Of a stretch of DNA of 64,000 nucleotides, positions 56,924 through 64,000 are shown piece by piece; position 1 is the first letter of the stretch; the number at the start of each line of letters is the position of its first letter. The stretch is from an uncultured Nitrospiraceae bacterium. Its GTDB lineage: Bacteria > Nitrospirota > Thermodesulfovibrionia > Thermodesulfovibrionales > SM23-35. The DNA lies in the NCBI GenBank assembly GCA_937138415.1, contig CAKZPA010000033.1:124511-188510 (forward strand). The letters run 5' to 3'. Made by a program: the position numbers and the translations under genes. The notes beneath the pieces were generated by a model that saw only the letters and a list, made by a program, of their open reading frames with translations, did not search any database and was not told the DNA's origin.

Positions 56924-58077
56924 CCGATATGCCTCAGACCGTCAGCGATGCGCATTCTCAAAGCACGCCAGGTCGGGAAAAGAGCGGCGGAGAGACCGAC
57001 GAAGAGCGCGGCGGCTGCGTCGACGTACAGAGTCGCGGGCTCGACATTGAACACGGGGAAATACGCGCTGAGCTTGTGAGAAAAGATGCGCGCTGCGGGA
57101 AACGTGAGTGCCATTCCCAACCCCGCGCCGACCATCGTGATGAAGAGGGATTCCCCGAAAATGAGACCGGCGATGTGGAATCCGCCGAACCCGAGTGTCT
57201 TGAAGATCGCGTACTCGCCGATCCGCTCGCGGGCCGTCATCGCCATCGTGTTCGCGACGACCGCCATGATGATCAGTATGATCACGTAGGAAACGAGCTG
57301 AATGACAATCAGGATTGCCTCCGTCATCGCGATAAAACTGAGGTTGAATGCCTTCTCGGTTTCGGTCAGTGTCTCGGCAAGCGAGTTCTTGAAAGCCTTG
57401 TCGATCCTCTGGGACACTTCGGCGGCCATATTCGGGTTTTCCACCTCGACGAGGTACCATCCGACCTGATCCGCCCGCGCCGGCGCCATCTTCTTGAGCG
57501 TCTCGTTCAAATAGTCCCAGTGAAAAAAGAACGCCGTCTCGTCGACGTTCTCGTCCCGCCCGCTGTAAATTCCCCGTATCACGAAATCCCAGTTGCCGGG
57601 GAATATCGTCCCGCGCAGCGTCACCGAATCCCCGATCTTCCACCTAAACCGTGCCGCGAGTTTTCTCCCGACAACCGCGGACTTTCTGTCCCGAAAGAAA
57701 GCCGCTTTCTGATCGGGGGGCAGGATGATCTCCGGATAGATCGCGAGGTACCGTTCCGCCTCCATCGCATAGTTCGCGAAAAAGTGTCTCTCGTCGATAT
57801 AGATTCCACCGAACCAGGACCCGTAAGAGACTGACTTGACGCCTTCGATCTGGCGTATTTTTTCCTTATACGAAAGCGGCAGTGGAAATATGAGCGAAAT
57901 GGCATTCCTCGTGACGAGCCTGCTTGCGGATGATGCCTCCACGCCCGCGTACCACGCACTGACAACCGTTCGGAGAAGCCCAAAGGCGAGGATGGCGATG
58001 GCGACGCCGAGCACGGTCAGAAACGTTCTCAGCTTGTGGCGGAAGGAATTCTTAAAAATCAGTTTGAGGACGTGCAT
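56920..58077 (-). CDS. ABC transporter permease, FtsX/MacB-type (second copy)
   Basis: 385 aa with the same architecture ([10 protein letters not shown]...). 4-nt overlap with the downstream gene. Confidence 0.85.
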   Translation of the reverse strand: MHVLKLIFKNSFRHKLRTFLTVLGVAIAILAFGLLRTVVSAWYAGVEASSASRLVTRNAISLIFPLPLSYKEKIRQIEGVKSVSYGSWFGGIYIDERHFFANYAMEAERYLAIYPEIILPPDQKAAFFRDRKSAVVGRKLAARFRWKIGDSVTLRGTIFPGNWDFVIRGIYSGRDENVDETAFFFHWDYLNETLKKMAPARADQVGWYLVEVENPNMAAEVSQRIDKAFKNSLAETLTETEKAFNLSFIAMTEAILIVIQLVSYVIILIIMAVVANTMAMTARERIGEYAIFKTLGFGGFHIAGLIFGESLFITMVGAGLGMALTFPAARIFSHKLSAYFPVFNVEPATLYVDAAAALFVGLSAALFPTWRALRMRIADGLRHIG

Positions 58078-58756
58078 TCAGTACTCCTTTATCGAGATGC
58101 CGAATGGAATGCGCCACCCGGGCTGCCCGCGGATCATGCGTGACCATGATGATCGTCTTGCCGAGTTCATGCACGAGACGCTCCATGAGTTCGAGGACCT
58201 CCGTCGCGGAGACCCTGTCGAGGTCACCGGTCGGCTCGTCGGCAACGAGAATACGGGGATCCGTCACAATCGCCCGGGCAATGGCCACGCGCTGTTGCTG
58301 CCCTCCCGAAAGCTCCCCGGGATAGTGATCCATGCGGTCCGAGAGGTTGACGACGCTGAGCGCCATTTCCGCGTGCGCCTTTCGATCTTTCTTCGGAAGG
58401 CCCGTGATGAGAAGGGGCAGCTCGACGTTCTCGAAGGCGGTGAGCACGGGAATGAGATTGTAGAACTGGAAGATGAAGCCGACATTCCATGCTCTCCAGA
58501 GAGCAAGCTGATTCTCCGACAACGCGGTGATGTCAACGCCGCCCACCCGTATGATCCCGCTGTCTGCTTTGTCAATGCCTGCGATGAGGTTAAGGAGTGT
58601 CGTCTTGCCGGAGCCGGACGGACCCATGAACGCGATGAACTCACCCTCGAGAATGTCGAGCGAAATATCGATGAGTACCGGAAGGATCTGGCTTCCGCGA
58701 CGGTAGGATTTGTAGAGATTTCTTATTTCGACGATGACGGGCTTGCCGGTCATCAC
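58052..58756 (-). CDS. ABC transporter ATP-binding protein (MacB/LolD-type)
   Basis: GPSGSGKTT, the signature [14 protein letters not shown], and Walker B LVADEPTG. Confidence 0.93.
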   Translation of the reverse strand: MMTGKPVIVEIRNLYKSYRRGSQILPVLIDISLDILEGEFIAFMGPSGSGKTTLLNLIAGIDKADSGIIRVGGVDITALSENQLALWRAWNVGFIFQFYNLIPVLTAFENVELPLLITGLPKKDRKAHAEMALSVVNLSDRMDHYPGELSGGQQQRVAIARAIVTDPRILVADEPTGDLDRVSATEVLELMERLVHELGKTIIMVTHDPRAARVAHSIRHLDKGVLNARPQTDF

Positions 58757-59970
58757 TTTTCTGCGATCTTGATCCTGCGGCCGTCTCGCATCTTCTGGAG
58801 AGGCTTCAGTACAACCGTATCGCCGACGCGCAGACCCTCGCGAATCTCGATCATGTCGCCGATCTTTTCCCCCGTCGTCACGAATACTTCTCTCACGCGG
58901 TTGCCCTCGATCAAGAAGACGGTCGCTTTCCCGTTCTTTTCTTGAACAGCAGCACGCGCGAGGGCGGTGCGGGGCTTCAGGTCGTCGGGACCGATCTCCC
59001 GCGAGAGGAATGCCACCTTCGCGCTCATTTCAGGGAGTACCCTGCTGTCCTTGTCCAGGAAACCGACTTTGACCATGATCGTGGCCTTCGTCCTATCGGC
59101 CGTCGGCACGATCATGTGCACTATGCCCCGAAAACGGGTATCGGGGAGCGCGTCAAGCTGTATTTCGCACGGTTGACCCTTTTTCACGATCTGGATATTC
59201 GACTCCGAGACGTCGACTTCGACCTGAAGTGAATCCATATCCGCAATCGTCACGACCGCTGCTTTCGCATCGGCGGCGGCACCGATCGGGGTCACGATAT
59301 CGCCGATGTCGGCGTTTTTCGTGAGGACGACAGCGTCAAAGGGAGCCCGAATGAACGTATACCGATATGCCACATCTGCTCCCTTAAACGCCGCTTCCGA
59401 AGCCGCGAGCGCCGCTTCTGCGGCGGCGACAGACGCGGACGCCTTCCGGTAACGTGCTTCCGAAGCATCGAACTCGGCCTGTGAGATAAAACCCCGCCCG
59501 ATCAGTTCCCTGCCCCTCTCGAACGACAGGGTGGCATCGCGCAATTCGGCCTTCGCCTGCTCAAGGTGCTCCCTGGCTGCCCGAAGATTTGCCTCCGCCT
59601 GCTGTCGCGATGCGAAGAGGTCATCGTTTTCGAGTCTGGCGATAACCTCTCCCGCCCGCACCCTGCTCCCCTCCTCAACCGAAAGCGATACCAGTCTCCC
59701 GGTAACCTTCGAAGCAACCGCGGCCTTGCGTTGGGCAACCACGTATCCGCTCGCATTCAGGAGCGTAACTCCCTGGGAAGGAAACGTCTGCACGACATGC
59801 GCGCTCTCAACCTGTACTGCGGGGGTAAAAACCCCGAGCACCGCGAGTGCGATCACGATCGCACCGGCGAGCCCCGAAAGAATCCAAAAAACATATTTCT
59901 TCCGCCGTTCCGGGCGGTAGAGTGACGCGGCCTTATCGATTTTTAACTGCGAGAGATCCTTATCTGGCAT
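58753..59970 (-). CDS. HlyD-family periplasmic adaptor (membrane fusion protein)
   Basis: An N-terminal anchor, a coiled-coil hairpin and beta-barrel segments (RAPFDAVV...). First gene of a 4-gene operon with 4-nt and 26-nt overlaps. Confidence 0.88.
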   Translation of the reverse strand: MPDKDLSQLKIDKAASLYRPERRKKYVFWILSGLAGAIVIALAVLGVFTPAVQVESAHVVQTFPSQGVTLLNASGYVVAQRKAAVASKVTGRLVSLSVEEGSRVRAGEVIARLENDDLFASRQQAEANLRAAREHLEQAKAELRDATLSFERGRELIGRGFISQAEFDASEARYRKASASVAAAEAALAASEAAFKGADVAYRYTFIRAPFDAVVLTKNADIGDIVTPIGAAADAKAAVVTIADMDSLQVEVDVSESNIQIVKKGQPCEIQLDALPDTRFRGIVHMIVPTADRTKATIMVKVGFLDKDSRVLPEMSAKVAFLSREIGPDDLKPRTALARAAVQEKNGKATVFLIEGNRVREVFVTTGEKIGDMIEIREGLRVGDTVVLKPLQKMRDGRRIKIAEK

Positions 59971-60072
59971 GCGTAGGCACTCCTTCCCCGAATGTCGAGA
60001 CAGTCTGCGGACAGACCTTCGCAGAGACCCCCCGTCGTCGCAATGCCAGGGGGTCTCCCGAGAATGACGGAG

Positions 60073-60651
60073 CTATTTCACGCGGGCTTCCACGGCTGCC
60101 CAGTTCACATTCTTGAAAAAGGCAGCAATGTAGTCGACCCTCTTGAGTCCGTAGTCGAGCATGAAGGCGTGTTCGAAAACGTCCATAACGAGGAGGGGAT
60201 TGCATCCCGCGGGGTGGGACACATCGTGCTCATTGATCCAGAAATTGACGAGCAAGCCGCTCTGCATGTCCTGGTACAGGATCACCCATCCGATGCCTCG
60301 CATCGTCCCCGTCGCTTTAAAGTCCTTCTCCCACATCTCATAGCTGCCGAAATCTGCTTCCATCTTCTTCGCGAGCTTTCCGTTCTTATCGAACGGGGTT
60401 TTTCCGCCGAGGTTCTCGAAATAGTACTCGTGAAGCCGCATACCGTTAAATTCCCAGCCAAGCCGCCTCTTGAGTTCCGCGAACTCGGGCGTTCCGCCCT
60501 TGTCCGCCTTGAGCATCTGATCGAGCAGATCGAGGACTTTGTTCGTGTTCGTGACGTACCCCTGGTAGAGCGTAAAGTGGTTCTTGAGGAGCCCCTCGCT
60601 GAACCCCTCCATGCCGATGAGGTGTGCGTAATCTTTCGCAATATATGCCAT
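60073..60651 (-). CDS. Fe/Mn superoxide dismutase family protein (atypical N-terminus)
   Basis: C-terminal DVFEHAF (the D-x-[WF]-E-H ligand motif) and GWVIL. N-terminal NH...Y context. Less canonical than textbook SodA/SodB. Confidence 0.7.
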   Translation of the reverse strand: MAYIAKDYAHLIGMEGFSEGLLKNHFTLYQGYVTNTNKVLDLLDQMLKADKGGTPEFAELKRRLGWEFNGMRLHEYYFENLGGKTPFDKNGKLAKKMEADFGSYEMWEKDFKATGTMRGIGWVILYQDMQSGLLVNFWINEHDVSHPAGCNPLLVMDVFEHAFMLDYGLKRVDYIAAFFKNVNWAAVEARVK

Positions 60652-60743
60652 GTTGTTCCTCCTTTTCTCGCGAGCCAGTAAACGTTATCGCGCTCTTCTA
60701 TCCGATGTATGAGATCCGCCGAAGGGCAAGAGCATCCTGTGCC

Positions 60744-61361
60744 CTACTTTCTCGACCAGTTCCCCGAAGGATCCTGGATCCACCAGCCCTTTTTCGCCGC
60801 ATCCCTCCTGATCGCGGCGAACTGCTCGGTCGCCTGCGGCGTGACCTGAGCGATATTCGCTTCGTTCTCCGGGAGTCGGTTGATCCGGATTATCGCCTTT
60901 GCCATGCCCTGCATGACCGTCTTCCTGTCATGGTTTTCACGCTCGACGAGCTTCTGGTCCTCGGGGGACAAGGCTCCCTCTCTCACGACAAGAAGCCCGT
61001 TTTTCCCTTCCCCTACGGCACCGCTATTGCGGAGCCTGTCGATGTCGGCAATCCTCGCCCCCATCTCTTTGTACGCATTGACGACGTCCGGCATCCGTTT
61101 CACCAATTCAGCGATACGATCCGGCAAGCCCGCTTCCTGCGCGTATGCCGTCCCCACAAGATCAACGTCGAGGAAACTTTCGGGCTTCCCCCCCGGCGCT
61201 TTCTCCGCCGGAGACCCTTCGGTACCCATGAGTTCCTTCTCCAACAGCTTGTACGCCTCTTTCACGTCCTTCTCCGGAAAATAGATGTTCACGGTAATCA
61301 CCGCACAGGAGAGCAGGATGAGGCAAAACGACGTCGCGACAATCTTCACCGTCCTCTTCAT
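60744..61361 (-). CDS. YdbL-like (DUF1318) periplasmic protein with a lipoprotein-type signal
   Basis: LILLSC lipobox. The C-terminal region LVERENHDRKTVMQGMAKA...GWWIQDPSGNWSRK resembles DUF1318. Confidence 0.7.
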   Translation of the reverse strand: MKRTVKIVATSFCLILLSCAVITVNIYFPEKDVKEAYKLLEKELMGTEGSPAEKAPGGKPESFLDVDLVGTAYAQEAGLPDRIAELVKRMPDVVNAYKEMGARIADIDRLRNSGAVGEGKNGLLVVREGALSPEDQKLVERENHDRKTVMQGMAKAIIRINRLPENEANIAQVTPQATEQFAAIRRDAAKKGWWIQDPSGNWSRK

Positions 61362-61395
61362 ACTGATTCCTCCTTTCCCGATAAAAGCGACCCGC

Positions 61396-64000
61396 TCACT
61401 TCTTCCGGGCGCGATATGCAGCCTCCGTGACAGCCCACAGAAGATGGTCGAGCGAGATCCTGTTGTTCAGAGGTGCCACCTTGATATCGAGGTCCTTGAC
61501 ACCGAAGACGTTCCTGTTTGAAATCTCCAGTTCCTTAAAGATGATCGACCCGTTCTGCACGTAAAGATCCATGACTCCCCTGTCAAAGTTCCTGTCCCCG
61601 AGGTATCTCCTGAGAGAAGGTCCTCCTATCTTCTGCAAAAACTCCTTACTTATCTTTGTCTTTTCGTTGCTGGCGCTGAATGTCCAGAACTCCGCCTTCC
61701 CGATTAACCGGGACAGGCTCTTGCCTTCTCCCTTAAACGCGGCGATACCGTTCAGTTTCCCCGATAGGTATCCCCGGATCGGGTCAATACGATCACAGAG
61801 GTGAGAAAGGCTCAATTCCTCTATGAGAAAACCGCCCTTGTAACGGACGGAATCCGCGAACGAAAGGACAGCCGATCCGTTCAACTTTCCTCCGAATATA
61901 TTACCACTAACGTGCGTCGCGTGTAAGGAGTTTTCGACCATTCTCAGCGATATACGGACATCCTCGAGCAGGTCGAACCCGTAACGAACTTTGCCGACAG
62001 AAAGGATGCTGTCGCGCGCGTCGCCGGACCTTCCCGCATAGGAGAGGCTCAGATTCCGAAAATTATCCCGCTCGAAAGACGGCCACTCCAGATCCCCCCC
62101 CTCGCTCCGGCCGTTCTTTCCCCCGTCCCGAAACGACGCCGTCGATGACCCGTCGTCTTTCGCGTAGCCTATCGGTATCACGCCGTTGACCGGTCCGAGC
62201 GTATATTCTCCGTTTTCACCCTCGAGGAGGACGTTCCCCAGCGTAACCTTACCATCCACCTTCGTACTCGCCTCACCAAACCGGACGAACACATCCGACG
62301 ACAGCGTCCCTTCGAGACCAACGTACAGAAACTGATCGGGAACAACGTCCCACAATGTTTCCCGTATATCCGCGGCTCGCACGGGAGGCACGTGTACCGA
62401 GAATTCTCCGGAACGTGCTTTCCCCGCGAAATGCATGATATCTCCGCTGATCGACATCAATAGGTTCCCGGCACCTAACGTGGCGCGGACGGTAGCGTTT
62501 TTCCCCTGAAATGTGATCTCGACGTTCGTCCGAACGTCTTTCACGAACTGGCTCCGGCTCCCCGGAGCCCGAACCGCTACGTTTTCAGCACGCACCGATG
62601 CTCTGCCCTCGATCGCGTCCGCTGACATGATCGTGCCTTCGAATGCCGCTTCCTGCAGGATGCCCGACAGTGGATAGGAGATGTCCAGGACCTGCGATCC
62701 CTCTCCGAGGAGTTGTTCCATGATGACGTGATCGGCACTCGCCCTGAGCGAGACAGGAAAGAGAGAACTCGACAGAGTGCCCGCGGCATTCACAGCGATT
62801 CTCCCGCCGGCAACCTCGGCCACCGGAACGTCAAGGTATACCTTCCCACCGCGGACGATCACGCGCCCTTTCACATGTCCGACACGGACACCCCTGATGA
62901 CACCGTCGTCCGCCGAGAAATCGGCGCTCCCGCTCCATTCAGCACCTTTTTTCGATGCGGTGATCGAAAGGAGCCCGCCACCGACCCGGGAACCGCTCCC
63001 GGGATGTGCAGCGTACAGACCCGCAACGCCTATCGCCAGAGGCTTGCCAGCAGAAGAAGACGGCAATCGAATTGTCGCGTGGCGGGACGATAAGGAGAAA
63101 GCGGGAGAAGCGAGATCGAACGAATCAAAGCGTACCTCACGGTCACGAAATGTTATATCCGACGCAACGCGGAGGGAGGGGACTTCGAACCGAGGACCTT
63201 TCACGCGCTGCAACAGGACGTCTATCGAGCCTCCGGAAGAAGATTGTGCTCTCAGCGCAGCATCAATCCTTCCCACTTCGTAGTTTTGCATCCGGAAGGA
63301 AGCGTCCTCGACCCGAATCTCGCCCGATAAGGCCGGCACCGTCCCTCTTCCCGCCCCGTGGACGCGAAAATTCTCCGCCCTGACGATCCCGGTCATCGCC
63401 GCATTTTCCAGGACGTCGATGGCGGACAGATCCAAATCATTTATCGTAACCCACGCGTCGTACGCGAGAACGCCGTCTTCCCATCGAACATCTCCGCGCC
63501 CCGTTATCGAAGCGACACCGCCGGCCTTGAGCGTGAGGTCACGGATGCTCAGCTTCTTCTCCGGAAAGCTCAGAAAAGCCCTCACGTTCAGCTCCGTCTC
63601 TTGCAGCGCCGTCCTCAGAAAAAAAGCCCGCGCATCCCTGATCCGCACGCTCGCATCGAGGGAGGCCCCGTTCCCAAAATCTCCCTCACCGGCGAGAGCG
63701 AAGGACACCTTTGTCTTTTTCAGCTCAAGACCATAGGCCTGCAACGATTTCTGCACAGCGGAGACAGAAACGTCTGGCGATGAGAGCGAGAGAGAGAATT
63801 TTCCAGGCTTTTCCCCCGTGACAATCCAGCCGTCGATCGTGAGGCGGGTATTCGCGTAGAGGGTGTTGCCGCTCAGTGACGTCCTCGCCATCTTTTCCGA
63901 TGAGACGTTCCGGAACGCGAGGTTGATGTCATCGTTTCTGAACCGCTCGTCGCTATCGATGTCGACGACCCCCGACCGGACGATCACCTCGTCGATGACA
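61396..64000 (-). CDS. YdbH/AsmA-like large envelope protein; 5' end probably beyond the window
   Basis: More than 863 aa of repetitive beta-rich sequence. The frame stays open from the GTG at 63987 to position 64000. Directly upstream of the YdbL-like gene, as in the enterobacterial ydbH locus. Confidence 0.7.
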   Translation of the reverse strand, partial: VIDEVIVRSGVVDIDSDERFRNDDINLAFRNVSSEKMARTSLSGNTLYANTRLTIDGWIVTGEKPGKFSLSLSSPDVSVSAVQKSLQAYGLELKKTKVSFALAGEGDFGNGASLDASVRIRDARAFFLRTALQETELNVRAFLSFPEKKLSIRDLTLKAGGVASITGRGDVRWEDGVLAYDAWVTINDLDLSAIDVLENAAMTGIVRAENFRVHGAGRGTVPALSGEIRVEDASFRMQNYEVGRIDAALRAQSSSGGSIDVLLQRVKGPRFEVPSLRVASDITFRDREVRFDSFDLASPAFSLSSRHATIRLPSSSAGKPLAIGVAGLYAAHPGSGSRVGGGLLSITASKKGAEWSGSADFSADDGVIRGVRVGHVKGRVIVRGGKVYLDVPVAEVAGGRIAVNAAGTLSSSLFPVSLRASADHVIMEQLLGEGSQVLDISYPLSGILQEAAFEGTIMSADAIEGRASVRAENVAVRAPGSRSQFVKDVRTNVEITFQGKNATVRATLGAGNLLMSISGDIMHFAGKARSGEFSVHVPPVRAADIRETLWDVVPDQFLYVGLEGTLSSDVFVRFGEASTKVDGKVTLGNVLLEGENGEYTLGPVNGVIPIGYAKDDGSSTASFRDGGKNGRSEGGDLEWPSFERDNFRNLSLSYAGRSGDARDSILSVGKVRYGFDLLEDVRISLRMVENSLHATHVSGNIFGGKLNGSAVLSFADSVRYKGGFLIEELSLSHLCDRIDPIRGYLSGKLNGIAAFKGEGKSLSRLIGKAEFWTFSASNEKTKISKEFLQKIGGPSLRRYLGDRNFDRGVMDLYVQNGSIIFKELEISNRNVFGVKDLDIKVAPLNNRISLDHLLWAVTEAAYRARKK

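Overview
This is a chromosomal window from a moderately GC-rich bacterium. Its gene content points to an anaerobe with a Gram-negative envelope: 2-oxoacid:ferredoxin oxidoreductase, rubrerythrins, a flavodiiron protein, multihaem cytochromes, LpxL-type acyltransferase, YdbH/YdbL and a sigma-54 enhancer-binding protein. Lineage cannot be assigned from sequence alone. About 65 protein genes and 2 tRNAs are supportable, and most are housekeeping. These include F1Fo ATP synthase b'-b-delta-alpha-gamma-beta-epsilon, lysA-dapF-dapA, dapL-like-folK, aconitase, aspS, aroC, hisH, bioF, xerD and rluB.

The parts that deserve a second look are:
1. Two tandem PilB/MshE-type secretion ATPase genes at the left edge share a perfectly identical 432-bp 5' block (first 143 codons). 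That block encodes a tandem MshEN-type c-di-GMP-binding motif. The rest of the genes has diverged.
2. A redox-stress island spans about 4.2-16.9 kb. It contains two radical SAM/SPASM genes, each divergently paired with a small SD-preceded ORF or element that has a conserved 84-nt start.
3. Within that island, a 31-nt motif built of 11-bp-phased direct repeats occurs three times.
4. An fprA-CMD-rbr-octahaem-Isf operon sits in the same island.
5. An NtrC-type two-component system is flanked by two paralogous small secreted proteins. One paralog has a textbook sigma-54 promoter and the other a sigma-70 promoter carrying a perfect 14-bp palindrome.
6. Several genes have a -10 hexamer only 5-7 nt from the start codon and no Shine-Dalgarno, so they are candidate leaderless mRNAs.

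No CRISPR array, rRNA gene, transposase or prophage gene was seen. All calls rest on reading the supplied translations and on manual motif and reverse-complement work. No database search was possible.
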